From a virus (lineage: Duplodnaviria; Caudoviricetes): a DNA stretch of 64,000 nucleotides. The stretch covers positions 1 to 64,000 of IMG/VR virus record IMGVR_UViG_2816332589_000001, one strand, 5' to 3'. Of the stretch, positions 37,607 through 46,832 are shown piece by piece. Both the position numbers and the translations under genes were made by a program. Position 1 is the first letter of the stretch. Each line of letters starts with the position of its first letter. The notes under the pieces were generated by a model. The model worked only from the letters and a program-made list of their open reading frames with translations. It was not told where the DNA came from and ran no database searches.

Positions 37607-39862
37607 GTGCCCCGCACCCCGCCGCCCAGCCCACCGGCCCGCCGCAGCCCCACCGGCAAGGGCATAGCCCGCGCCATCTACGCCGTGACGGGTGTGGTGG
37701 ACGAGGTCAACGATCTCATCGTGCCGGGGGCCTTCGCCCGCACCCTCGCCACCCGCCGCGTGAAGACGGTCTGGCATCACGACTGGAAAGACCCGGTCGG
37801 CACGGTGCTGGACGTAGAGGAGTGGAAGCCGGGCGACCCCCGTTTCGCGACCATCCCCGGCGGCAGCATGTGGCCGGCCGCCGCCGGGGCGCTCGTCGCG
37901 ACAGTCCAGTACAACCTGCGCACGATCCGCGGCCGGGACGCCTACGAGCAGGTAGACCAGTGGCACAAGAACAACGAGGCCGCGTTCAGCATCGGATACA
38001 AGGTCGTCCCCGGCGGCGCGGCCAAGCGGCACGACGGCGTCAGGGTCATCCACGACCTGGAGCTGTACGAGATCAGCCCGGTACTGCACGGCGCCCACCC
38101 CATGACGCGCAGCATCGAGGTCAAGGCCGCCGCCCGTACAGGCGACGACGATCTGGAACGCAAAGCGACGTGGTCAACGGTCGAACTGAAGGCAGCGGAG
38201 ACGCAGACCGGCCGCGGTGTGATGGTGGCGCTGCGTCTCCCGCCCGACGTGGCCGCGAAGATCGCGCATCCTGAGGGCACGCCGGCGGAACACCTGCACA
38301 TCACGCTCGCCTACCTCGGTGACGCCGCCGCGCTCAGCGAAATCCCTGACGATCTGCACGGCATCGTCGCTCCCTCCGTCGCCGGCACGGCACCGCTGAA
38401 GGGCACCATCGGCGGCATCGGGCGCTTTCCCGACACCGGCGACGGCGAACCCACCTGGGTTCCCGTGGACGTGCCGGGCCTGGCAGAACTGCGGCAACGC
38501 GTCGTGGAAGCCCTGGGCGCCTCCGCGTACGCCGACAAGCTGAACACGCAGCACGGATACACCCCGCACGTCACCCTCGGCTACGCGCTGCCCGAGGTCG
38601 CGCCGGTCCCGGCCACCCCCGTCACCTTCGACCAGGTCGCTATCGTGCGCGGGGCGGACACCTCCTTCGTCCCTCTCGGCCAGCCCGCAGCCCCGGCCCC
38701 CTCCGCAGAGGAGCCGGCCGACGACACTGCTGCTCCCTCGGCCGCCGTCCCCCCGGCCGAGGTGAAGTCAGCCGCGCAGATCGTGCTGGAGGCCAAGGGC
38801 GCCGGCCCCGACGCCCACCGCGGCGACGCCGAACAACTCCGCAAGTGGTACGCCCACGGTGAGGGCGCGGCCCGCATCGGCTGGGGTGCGCGCGGCGACT
38901 TCGACCGCTGTGTGGCCATCGCCGCCCAGCACATGAGTCCCGACGACGCCAAGGGCTACTGCAACCTCCGCCACCACGACGCCCTAGGGATCTACCCGGC
39001 CACCCACGCCGCCGCCGAACGGAAGTCAGCCGCACAGGTCGTACTCGAAGCGAAGTCGCACCCGCTCCCGAAAGCAGAGCCCATGTCCCCGATCTCCCCC
39101 ATGCCCCTGTCCTACGAGCAACTCCACGCCCGGATCGCGGAGGCCGCCCGCAACCTACTCACCGAAGACGGTGACGACTGCTACGTGGCTGTCGAGGCGA
39201 CCTACCCCGACCACGTCATCGTCACCCGGTACTCCCCAGGTGACAGCTCCACCTACTCCATCCCCTACACGGCCGCTGGCCGCGACATCGACCTCGGCAC
39301 ACCCAGTCAGGTCGAGCTGACCACCGTGGCGCTGCCCGTCACCGGCGAATCGCACGCCGTGGACGGCGACGAGGAGATCACTGCCCGGTACATGCAGCCC
39401 ACCGCTGCCGCCCTCCAGGACGCCACCGCCCTCATCGAGGTCTCCGACGCGGGCCCGGAACACCTTCAGCATCTGAAGCCGACCATCACCGACCTCCTCA
39501 CCACCCTCGCGAAGAAGGGCCTCCCCATGAGCAAGCAGACCACCGCCCCGTCCGGCTCCTCTTTGGACCTGTGGGACTCCGAGTACGACGTCACCGACGG
39601 CTGGGACGACGACACCGACGACACGGACGCTGCCGAGGACGCCGAAGGTACCGAGGGCGCCGCGACGGAGGACACCAGCACGCCGACGGCCGCCGACGGC
39701 TCCACGGCCGCTGACAGCAACGTCCCGGCGGCCACCCCCGACGACACGGGCCCCGTACCGGCCGCCCAGGAGCCCGACACCGACGATGAGGACGAGGACG
39801 ACGAGCAGGTCCGGCTGAACGCGGACGAGGTCAAAGCCGTGCTCGCTGCGCTATCCCTCTGA
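37607..39862 (+). CDS. HK97-family prohead protease polyprotein with 2H phosphoesterase and further domains
   Basis: D.IVPGAF, VWHHD..PVG, FSIGY, LYEISPVLHGAHP; two HxT motifs (HITLAYLG, PHVTLGY); RBS AGGAGG. Confidence 0.9.
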   Translation: MPRTPPPSPPARRSPTGKGIARAIYAVTGVVDEVNDLIVPGAFARTLATRRVKTVWHHDWKDPVGTVLDVEEWKPGDPRFATIPGGSMWPAAAGALVATVQYNLRTIRGRDAYEQVDQWHKNNEAAFSIGYKVVPGGAAKRHDGVRVIHDLELYEISPVLHGAHPMTRSIEVKAAARTGDDDLERKATWSTVELKAAETQTGRGVMVALRLPPDVAAKIAHPEGTPAEHLHITLAYLGDAAALSEIPDDLHGIVAPSVAGTAPLKGTIGGIGRFPDTGDGEPTWVPVDVPGLAELRQRVVEALGASAYADKLNTQHGYTPHVTLGYALPEVAPVPATPVTFDQVAIVRGADTSFVPLGQPAAPAPSAEEPADDTAAPSAAVPPAEVKSAAQIVLEAKGAGPDAHRGDAEQLRKWYAHGEGAARIGWGARGDFDRCVAIAAQHMSPDDAKGYCNLRHHDALGIYPATHAAAERKSAAQVVLEAKSHPLPKAEPMSPISPMPLSYEQLHARIAEAARNLLTEDGDDCYVAVEATYPDHVIVTRYSPGDSSTYSIPYTAAGRDIDLGTPSQVELTTVALPVTGESHAVDGDEEITARYMQPTAAALQDATALIEVSDAGPEHLQHLKPTITDLLTTLAKKGLPMSKQTTAPSGSSLDLWDSEYDVTDGWDDDTDDTDAAEDAEGTEGAATEDTSTPTAADGSTAADSNVPAATPDDTGPVPAAQEPDTDDEDEDDEQVRLNADEVKAVLAALSL

Positions 39863-39915
39863 CCTGCGCAATTCCGGGCTCCCGGCTGCACGGACATCCG
39901 TGCCCGGGAGCCCGA

Positions 39916-39943
39916 GACGGTAGGCCCCGCACTCCTCTTTCAT
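39916..39943 (+). promoter_or_regulatory. Late-promoter motif GACGGTA-N15-TTTCAT (weaker -10)
   Basis: CCCGAGACGGTA upstream of the capsid gene. Confidence 0.55.
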
Positions 39944-40026
39944 GCGCCTCGCGTTGAGGCGTCCCGGTGCTGGCCGGGCGAGCGACGCACGCCATCGCCC
40001 ATCCAGCACAGGAGTGCATCACCATC

Positions 40027-41340
40027 ATGGCTACCGCCACCAACGACAAGAGCCTCGTTCGGAGCCTGAAGACGCAGCTCGCCGAGAAGAGCGCGGAGGC
40101 CGAGCGGATCGCAGGCACCTTCAAGGAGGAGAACGGCTCCTTCATCGTCTCGACCGAGCAGCGCAACGCGTACGTCAAGGCCGTCAAGGACGCCCAGGAG
40201 ATCAAGGGTCTCCTCGACGCCGCCCAGGGCGCCGACACCCTGAACAGCTACCTGGACGCGCCCGCCGGAACCCCGGCGGCCGGCCAGCATTACGGCGGCA
40301 CGGGCGGCCCGGCCGGAGTCGAGGCGAAGAGCCTCGGTGACCTGTTCGTGGAGTCCGACGCCTACCAGCGCGCCGCGGCCAGCGACTTCAAGGACCGGCC
40401 GTTCATCCGCGCCGAGGTCGAGGGCAAGTCCATCTTCTCGCTGTCCGCCGGCACCCACACCCACCAGGCCCTCGGTGGCGTGCAGGACCTCGGCATCACC
40501 GAGGCCCAGCGCCGCAAGTGGCACATCCGAGATCTGTTCCCGAGCGCCAAGACCAAGAACGCCGTCCTGCTCGGCATCCGCGAGACCGGGTGGGTCAACA
40601 ACGCGGCCCAGGTGCCGGAGCGTCGGGCGGCCGACGGCGTGTCCGCGCCGACCGGCCTCGACACGGACGTGTTCGGCCGGGCGCCCCGCTCGAAGCTGAA
40701 GCTGGAGCCGGTCGCGTTCCCCATCGCGGAGATCGCCCACATGATCGACGGCCACAAGAACATCCTCTCGGACGAGCCGCGGCTGAAGCAGTTCATCAAC
40801 TCGCGGCTCATCGAGGGGATCAAGTTCGCCGAGGACTACGACCTGCTTCACAGCAGCGGCGCCGACGGCACGTCCCTCACGGGCCTGTTCAACACGCCGG
40901 GCGTGCAGACCTACACCGGCGACAAGAAGGACAAGTTCTCCATCCAGATGCGCCGGGCCATGACAAAGGCTCTGCTCGCCGAATACGAGCCGACCGGCGT
41001 CGTTCTCTCCCCGTCGATGTGGGAGCACGTGGAAATCGAGACGGACGATACCGGGGCGTTCCGTGTCGCGCTCCAGGTCGCCGTCGGCGCGGAAAAGCGC
41101 GTCTGGAGGCTGAACGTGGTCGAAACCACGGCGATGCCGGACAACAACTACCTCCTGGGCTCGTTCGGTATGGGCGCGCAGCTCTACGACCGGGAGAACG
41201 TCTCCGTCACCGTCTCCTCGGAGAACAGCGACAACTTCGAGCGGGGCGTCCTGACGTTCCGAGCTGACGAGCGGCTTGCCCTGGAGGTCAGCAGGCCCGA
41301 GTCCTTCGTGATCGGTACGTGGACCGCTCCGGCCGCCTGA
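40027..41340 (+). CDS. Major capsid protein (HK97 fold with N-terminal delta domain)
   Basis: Coiled-coil N-terminus, IRDLF, IAH...ILSD.P.L..FI, FERG..TFRA.ERL...RPESF. Confidence 0.93.
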   Translation: MATATNDKSLVRSLKTQLAEKSAEAERIAGTFKEENGSFIVSTEQRNAYVKAVKDAQEIKGLLDAAQGADTLNSYLDAPAGTPAAGQHYGGTGGPAGVEAKSLGDLFVESDAYQRAAASDFKDRPFIRAEVEGKSIFSLSAGTHTHQALGGVQDLGITEAQRRKWHIRDLFPSAKTKNAVLLGIRETGWVNNAAQVPERRAADGVSAPTGLDTDVFGRAPRSKLKLEPVAFPIAEIAHMIDGHKNILSDEPRLKQFINSRLIEGIKFAEDYDLLHSSGADGTSLTGLFNTPGVQTYTGDKKDKFSIQMRRAMTKALLAEYEPTGVVLSPSMWEHVEIETDDTGAFRVALQVAVGAEKRVWRLNVVETTAMPDNNYLLGSFGMGAQLYDRENVSVTVSSENSDNFERGVLTFRADERLALEVSRPESFVIGTWTAPAA

Positions 41341-41354
41341 TCAGCGCCGCCGGA

Positions 41355-41382
41355 GACGTAACGCGGGGTCGGGCCGTACGGT
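41355..41382 (+). promoter_or_regulatory. Late-promoter motif GACGTAA-N15-TACGGT (overlaps a hairpin)
   Basis: Conserved copy; GCGGGGTCGG...CCGACCCCGC stem overlaps it. Confidence 0.65.
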
Positions 41383-41415
41383 CCGACCCCGCTCCCATGT
41401 ACCGAGAGGACTGCC

Positions 41416-41685
41416 GTGGCAGACACAAACGGGCTGATCGCGGCCCTCACCCAGCTCTCCGACGCGCCACCGGCGCCGCGCGGCCCGCGCTGCACGGTCG
41501 GCGCCATCCTCGATGCGCTCGATGCCGCCACGGCGCAGAAGGTCCGGGACGTGCTCGATACCCGGGACATCAGCGCCACCCAGATCGCCGACACCCTGAC
41601 CGCCAGCGGCCACCGCGTGCAGGCCCCGGCCGTCGCCCGGCACCGGCGGCGCGGCGCGTCCAACGGATGCAGGTGCCCGCGATGA
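41416..41685 (+). CDS. Small HTH-like, putative Zn-binding protein
   Basis: C...ISATQIADTL...VARHRR...CRC; coupled to the phosphoesterase gene. Confidence 0.7.
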   Translation: MADTNGLIAALTQLSDAPPAPRGPRCTVGAILDALDAATAQKVRDVLDTRDISATQIADTLTASGHRVQAPAVARHRRRGASNGCRCPR

Positions 41686-42929
41686 GCCTCGACCAGCACC
41701 TTGACGCTCTCCTCGCCCCGGCGCCGGCGGAGCAGGCTGCGCCGCCGGAGACCGTACGACCCGCCGCTTCCTCCCCGAAGGGCTGGGAGCCGGGTGTGCG
41801 GTACGAGTCCGGCGGCGCGATGCTCGTCACCGCGCCGGCCGCCGACGCTCCGCCGCAGGACGAGAACGGGTGGCGCGCTCGCGTGGAAGAGCTGGGCCTG
41901 GTCGTCCCCGACGGGTTCCGGGTCCGGCTGGTGGAGGCCCGGCACGACCCGGCCGCCTGGCACCGCGACGCCCAGGGCGAGGACGCCGTTACCCGGCCCG
42001 TGTGGCGCTGCCGCTACCTGATCGAGCCGTCCGTCCCCGGGTGGGCGTCCGCCGAAGACCTCAACTCGCTCGTACGCGACGTGATGCGGCGGCGCCGCAA
42101 GCCCCGCACTCCGGCCGAGCAGCCAGCGCGGTCCCTCGCCGTGGTGTATGCCGACCCGCAGGCTGGGAAGGTCGGCCGTGACGGCGGCACGCGCGAGCTG
42201 GTGGCCCGGGTCGCCGAGCGGTTCGACAGACTGGAGGATCACCTCCGCGACCTCGGTAAGGTCGGCCGCGCCCCCGATTCCGCGTACTGGCTCGACGCCG
42301 GCGACTGTGTTGAAGGATTCGAGAACGTCGCCGCCCAGGCGTTCACCAACGACTTGACGCTCACGCAGATGATCCGGGTGCACAGGCGGCTGACGTTCGA
42401 GGGCCTGGACCGGCTCGCCACCTCCTTCCCCCGGGTCGTGGCGGCGACGTGCGGCTCGAACCACGCCCGGGTCAGGCGCGGGAAGGACCCCGTCGGCCCG
42501 CCGCAAGACGACTGGGGCATCGAGGTCATGTCCCAGATCGCGGACGCGTACGCGAAGAACGCCGACGCGTACGGACACGTCAGCTTCGTCATGCCGGAGC
42601 CATGGCGCGACACCGTCTCGCTCGACATGTCCGGCACGGTCGTCGGCCTGGCCCACGGCCACCAGTACCCGCGGCCGGAGAAGGCTGCCGACTGGTGGAA
42701 GGGCCAGACCTTCGGCCGCCAGCCCATCGCCGACGCCCAGATCATGGTCAGCGGGCACTTCCATCACTTCCGCGCGCAGCAACTCGGCGCGGGGCGCCTG
42801 TGGGTGCAGGCCCCCACCCTCGACAACGGGTCCGACTATTACGCAATGCGCACCGGCGAGGTCAGCCGTCCCGGCCTGCTCGTCTTCTCCGTCACCGCAG
42901 ACGGCTGGGACGACCTGCGCATCCTGTGA
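41682..42929 (+). CDS. Calcineurin-like (Mre11-like) metallophosphoesterase
   Basis: ADPQ, GDCVE, SNH, AHGH, GHFHH motifs. Confidence 0.85.
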   Translation: MSLDQHLDALLAPAPAEQAAPPETVRPAASSPKGWEPGVRYESGGAMLVTAPAADAPPQDENGWRARVEELGLVVPDGFRVRLVEARHDPAAWHRDAQGEDAVTRPVWRCRYLIEPSVPGWASAEDLNSLVRDVMRRRRKPRTPAEQPARSLAVVYADPQAGKVGRDGGTRELVARVAERFDRLEDHLRDLGKVGRAPDSAYWLDAGDCVEGFENVAAQAFTNDLTLTQMIRVHRRLTFEGLDRLATSFPRVVAATCGSNHARVRRGKDPVGPPQDDWGIEVMSQIADAYAKNADAYGHVSFVMPEPWRDTVSLDMSGTVVGLAHGHQYPRPEKAADWWKGQTFGRQPIADAQIMVSGHFHHFRAQQLGAGRLWVQAPTLDNGSDYYAMRTGEVSRPGLLVFSVTADGWDDLRIL

Positions 42930-42933
42930 CCGC

Positions 42934-42961
42934 GACCCAAGCGTCCGGGCCCCGGCACCCT
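42934..42961 (+). promoter_or_regulatory. Late-promoter motif variant GACCCAA-N15-CACCCT
   Basis: Same spacing and position as the other copies. Confidence 0.5.
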
Positions 42962-42995
42962 TCGCCCATCAATTCCCACTGAGGAGGGAGCCCCC

Positions 42996-43478
42996 ATGGG
43001 CCTCTACAACGCGGCCGGCGACCGCATCACCAAGGCCGCCTTCCCTGCCACCGCGGTCACCGACCCGGAGAAGACGATCACCGCCGACGTGTACGCGACG
43101 CGTCCGTACGATGTCGGCACCCGCCCGAGCGACACCCGCGACGGTGTGCCGGAGGGCAGCATCAAGACGCTCCTGTTCAAGGCCGGTGCGGTCGTTCGTC
43201 AGTCGCAGATCGACAAGTTGTTCCCCCCGGCCACCATCGCCTCCGTCAGCCCGGCGACCGGCCCGGCCGCGGGCGGCACCGTGGTCACGATCACCGGCAC
43301 CAACCTCGACGGCGTCGCCGACGTGAAGTTCGGCAGCACCGCGGCAACGAACCTGAAGGTGCTCTCTGCCGGGCGCCTCCAGGTCACCACCCCGGCCGGT
43401 ACGGCGGGCGCCGTCGCGGTCGTCGTCGGCGACGAGGCAGGCGCGGTCACCAAGGCCAACGGCTTCACCTACGCCTGA
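42996..43478 (+). CDS. IPT/TIG Ig-like domain virion protein
   Basis: SVSPATGPAAGGTVVTITGTNL...V.FG...FTY. Confidence 0.85.
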   Translation: MGLYNAAGDRITKAAFPATAVTDPEKTITADVYATRPYDVGTRPSDTRDGVPEGSIKTLLFKAGAVVRQSQIDKLFPPATIASVSPATGPAAGGTVVTITGTNLDGVADVKFGSTAATNLKVLSAGRLQVTTPAGTAGAVAVVVGDEAGAVTKANGFTYA

Positions 43479-43482
43479 CCGA

Positions 43483-43510
43483 GACGGTAGCCACCGCCAG
43501 GGTCCAGGGT
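43483..43510 (+). promoter_or_regulatory. Late-promoter motif GACGGTA-N15-CAGGGT
   Basis: Conserved copy. Confidence 0.65.
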
Positions 43511-43549
43511 CCTCCTCCACACGCCCGTTCACGGCAGGAGGAGGACCCT

Positions 43550-44032
43550 GTGCCCAGCACCACCCGCACCACCCGCAAGACCGCCGCGGCCGACACCGAG
43601 GAGCAGATCCCGGAGACGCCGCCCACCACCGATCCGGCCCCGGCCGCCGAGGGCAAGGCGACGGCCCCGGCCGCCACCGAGACGAAGACGCCCGACGTGG
43701 CGCCGCTGGAGCCCCCGAGCGAGCCCGAGCCGGTCCCGGAGCCCGCTCCGATGACCACCGCGCAGCAGCTGCTCCCCGCCAAGCTCGGTCACCAGATCGT
43801 GGACGAGGCCACCGGCCAGCCGCCGGCCGACCCCGACGGCGTATTCATCCCTGTACAGCCGCACGGGAACCGTTTCCGCTGCACGGTCCGCCTCATCGAG
43901 CACGTCGGCATGGGCGCGTACAACACCCCTGCGACGCGGCTTCTGGTCCCGGCCGGCGGAGAGCTGAGCCGCTACCAGGCGGACCGGGTCATCGCCCGCC
44001 TGCGTTCCCAGCTCACCGAGAACGCGGAGTAA
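43550..44032 (+). CDS. Hypothetical virion-module protein
   Basis: Strong RBS AGGAGGAGG; Pro/Thr-rich N-half. Confidence 0.75.
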   Translation: MPSTTRTTRKTAAADTEEQIPETPPTTDPAPAAEGKATAPAATETKTPDVAPLEPPSEPEPVPEPAPMTTAQQLLPAKLGHQIVDEATGQPPADPDGVFIPVQPHGNRFRCTVRLIEHVGMGAYNTPATRLLVPAGGELSRYQADRVIARLRSQLTENAE

Positions 44033-44043
44033 GGGGAGCCCTG

Positions 44044-44913
44044 GTGGCGGTGTACGACTACCGACCTGTCTGGGCTGGCGCTCTGTGCGATCCGGACACC
44101 CGCGGCGGGCAGGTCAGCCGCATCGACCTGTACGCGACCCCCGAGCGCAACGGCCCGGTCGTGGCGACCGCCGGGCCCGCCGTACGGCTGCGCTCGACGG
44201 TCTACCGCTTCTACCTGCCGGACAACCTCCCGGACGGCCGGTACTGGTGCACCGTCACCGTCACCCCCGGCAAAGACCAGCCGCCCGCAACCGACCGCAC
44301 CGTTCGGGTGGACTTCCCCCTCGGCACTGGCCTGCTCGCCTCCGCGGAGCAGGTCGCCGACAAGCTGGGCGTGCCGCTGCCCCTCACCGCGGCCCAGCGG
44401 GAGCAGTACCGCAACGTCATCGCCGAGGCTCAGGCCGACGTGGTCGCCTACCTCGGCCGTCCGCTCGTCCCCGAGCCGCGACAACTGCACGAGGTGTACC
44501 CGTTGTTCGGCTACGACCTGGACGACCCGCAGGCATGGCCCGTGCAGCACCTGGACGACATGGTCACCGTCGTCCAGCACACCGAGAATGCGGACGGCAC
44601 GTACGACGTGCAGCTCCTCGTCGGCCTGGACGGCGCGATGGAGGAACCCATCGTCCGGTACATCGTCGCGCACGCCTCCGAAAGCATCCGCAACACCGCG
44701 ACCACTGACGGCAGCAGTGGCCGGAGGGTCACGTCGGTGTCCGCCGAAGGCCAGTCGATCAGCTACGACGCCGCGCCCCTGGCCGGGCAGGCTGGCGCGC
44801 TGCCCACCATGGAGTCCCTGGCCGGGTACCGCAGGCGCCTGTACCGGCCGATCCCCACCATCCCAGCCGCGCCCTGGCCGTACGGCCGCGGTCGCCGTTA
44901 CAGCCGCTGGTGA
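44044..44913 (+). CDS. Head-to-tail adaptor-like protein
   Basis: LASAEQVADKLG...AQADVVAYLGR, SVSAEGQSISY; position. Confidence 0.7.
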   Translation: MAVYDYRPVWAGALCDPDTRGGQVSRIDLYATPERNGPVVATAGPAVRLRSTVYRFYLPDNLPDGRYWCTVTVTPGKDQPPATDRTVRVDFPLGTGLLASAEQVADKLGVPLPLTAAQREQYRNVIAEAQADVVAYLGRPLVPEPRQLHEVYPLFGYDLDDPQAWPVQHLDDMVTVVQHTENADGTYDVQLLVGLDGAMEEPIVRYIVAHASESIRNTATTDGSSGRRVTSVSAEGQSISYDAAPLAGQAGALPTMESLAGYRRRLYRPIPTIPAAPWPYGRGRRYSRW

Positions 44914-44926
44914 AGGAAGACGCCCC

Positions 44927-45256
44927 GTGGCCGTAGTGCTCCCTGACCGGAATCTCACCGTGTACGTCCTCGCCCACCCCTGGCGCCGGGACACACACGG
45001 CGTTCCCGTACCGCCCCCGGCCGGCGCCCGGCCCGAGCCGCGCGGCACCTGGCCCGGCGCCGCGAACGAGCAGGCCGACGGGTCGTGGACGTTGCGCGCC
45101 GATCCGGCCGCATGGCCGGTGAAGCCCGGGGACGTGCTCGGCGACGGCACCCGCACATGGACGGTCGTCACGGCGGCTCTGAAGCGGGTGCCTGGCTTCG
45201 GGGCCGCGGACTACGTCGCGATCGTCGCCACCCTCAACCCGCCGGAGGTGCCGTGA
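44927..45256 (+). CDS. Head-to-tail stopper-like protein
   Basis: Size, position, RDTHG.P and GD.L...WTV pattern. Confidence 0.65.
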   Translation: MAVVLPDRNLTVYVLAHPWRRDTHGVPVPPPAGARPEPRGTWPGAANEQADGSWTLRADPAAWPVKPGDVLGDGTRTWTVVTAALKRVPGFGAADYVAIVATLNPPEVP

Positions 45257-45786
45257 TGGCCACCTTCCACGTTGAGCCGGGCCTGGAACAGAAGCTCGCC
45301 CAGCTCATCACACCGCAACTCCACGAGATCGCCCGCCAGGTCGAACGGCAGGCGAAGGTGTTCGCCCCGCCTACCAAGAAGTGGATCACGGTCGCGGACG
45401 ACAAGGTCCGCCCCACCCACCTCGCCGCCCACGACCAGGAGGTGCCGAGCAACCTCCGCTTCAAGATCACGTCAATGGACTGGGACCGCCGTCACCGCGG
45501 CGTCGGCGAGTTCTCCTATATGAAAGCCCCCAAGGACGAGTCCTCCCGCGCGGTCGCGAACCTGAAGAACTGCCGCTGCCACGCCCGGAGCATCCCCGAC
45601 GGCATCAGCCGCAACATCCGCACGCTCCCGCCCGTCGTCACCGGCAGCACCGTCACGGTGAAGGTCGTCGCCGAAGGCGAGTGGGTCGTCCCAGCGGAGA
45701 TCGGCACGGTCTACCCGGGGAACCTCGAAGCGACGGGCACGTACTTCATGGCGCGCGCCGCCGCCGCGGTCGCCGCCCGCCTGTGA
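45256..45786 (+). CDS. Neck protein (HK97 gp10-like) with inserted MuF-like segment
   Basis: AKVFAPP...EIGT...YFMARA frame with internal KKWITVADDKVRPTH...NCRC. Confidence 0.65.
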   Translation: MATFHVEPGLEQKLAQLITPQLHEIARQVERQAKVFAPPTKKWITVADDKVRPTHLAAHDQEVPSNLRFKITSMDWDRRHRGVGEFSYMKAPKDESSRAVANLKNCRCHARSIPDGISRNIRTLPPVVTGSTVTVKVVAEGEWVVPAEIGTVYPGNLEATGTYFMARAAAAVAARL

Positions 45787-45804
45787 ACAGCGGCAGGACC
45801 GGGC

Positions 45805-45831
45805 GACACAAGCTGTCCGGTCCTGCACTGT
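45805..45831 (+). promoter_or_regulatory. Late-promoter motif variant GACACAA-N14-CACTGT
   Basis: ATG 45840 8 nt downstream, no RBS. Confidence 0.55.
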
Positions 45832-45839
45832 TCCGCCCC

Positions 45840-46091
45840 ATGACGAACACCCGCAAGACCGCAGCCACGACCACCGAGCCGGAGACCACCGCCACGCCGG
45901 CCCCCGAGACCAACACCCCCACCGTCATCGGGCCGCCACTGCACCACGGCCAGAAGCCGGAGAAGGTGGTCTTCGCCCACCACCTGCGCATCGCCGGACG
46001 CGACTTCCGGCCCGGCGAGAGCGCACACATCTCCCCGGACTACGCCCGCCAGCTCCGCGGCAGCGGCTACCTCGCCCGCGGGCGCGCCTGA
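45840..46091 (+). CDS. Small hypothetical protein
   Basis: High GC3, probable leaderless start. Confidence 0.65.
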   Translation: MTNTRKTAATTTEPETTATPAPETNTPTVIGPPLHHGQKPEKVVFAHHLRIAGRDFRPGESAHISPDYARQLRGSGYLARGRA

Positions 46092-46093
46092 CC

Positions 46094-46534
46094 GTGGACG
46101 CCTACGCCCTCGCCGACGCTGACCCGGTGGCGGCCGTCCTCGCCTGGCTCGCCGAGCACCCCAAAGTCACCGAAGTGCTCGGCGGGCCAGGCCACGTGTC
46201 CGGCACCCGTGAAGCACCGTGGCCGCACCTGCGCGTCGCGCTCGGCCCCGGCGGCGACCTCGGCAACCTCTCCTGGCGCACCGAGCCGGAGGTCAGCCTG
46301 GAGCTGTACGGCGACCCGGGCGGCTGGCCCGGCCCGGCCGCCCTCTCCCGAATGCTGAAGATGTGCGCGGTCGCCGCAACCGAGCTTCCCGACGCCGAGC
46401 CTGCCGCCGGCCGACCGGTCATCGCCGGGGTACGGCCCTCCGGCGTCCTGCTCGAATCGCCCCTGGAGACAGGCCAGCCCCGATGGGTCATGGGCCTGCT
46501 CGTCACCCTTCACCCGAACCCGGAGACCCCGTGA
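46094..46534 (+). CDS. Tail terminator-like protein
   Basis: Position before the tail tube; DPVAAVLAWL, PWPHLRV, TGQPRW. Confidence 0.7.
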   Translation: MDAYALADADPVAAVLAWLAEHPKVTEVLGGPGHVSGTREAPWPHLRVALGPGGDLGNLSWRTEPEVSLELYGDPGGWPGPAALSRMLKMCAVAATELPDAEPAAGRPVIAGVRPSGVLLESPLETGQPRWVMGLLVTLHPNPETP

Positions 46535-46758
46535 ACCTCCCACCCGGCACCGTACGCATCGCCCCGTGCGGGGCTGTCCGCAACGAGGGGTACGCCCACC
46601 TCAAGCAGTCCACCCTGTTCAGCCCGGCGCCCTGCTGGGACACCCTCGCGCGCATTGAAGCACACGCCCGCGAACTCGCCCGTGTGCAGCGCATCTCCCG
46701 GATGCTCGCCGGCGCCCTCGCCGCACCGGCGCTCTTACCGTGCCCGCCCCGGATTTGA
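46531..46758 (+). CDS. Small hypothetical protein
   Basis: GTGA overlap with upstream gene. Confidence 0.45.
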   Translation: MNLPPGTVRIAPCGAVRNEGYAHLKQSTLFSPAPCWDTLARIEAHARELARVQRISRMLAGALAAPALLPCPPRI

Positions 46759-46764
46759 GCCCGG

Positions 46765-46792
46765 GACGGTAGCCAGCCGCCCTCCCGATCGT
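46765..46792 (+). promoter_or_regulatory. Late-promoter motif GACGGTA-N15-GATCGT
   Basis: Conserved copy upstream of the tail tube gene. Confidence 0.65.
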
Positions 46793-46832
46793 GGCCCGGC
46801 CCTTTCCCCAGGCCACGAGGAGAACCACCGCC

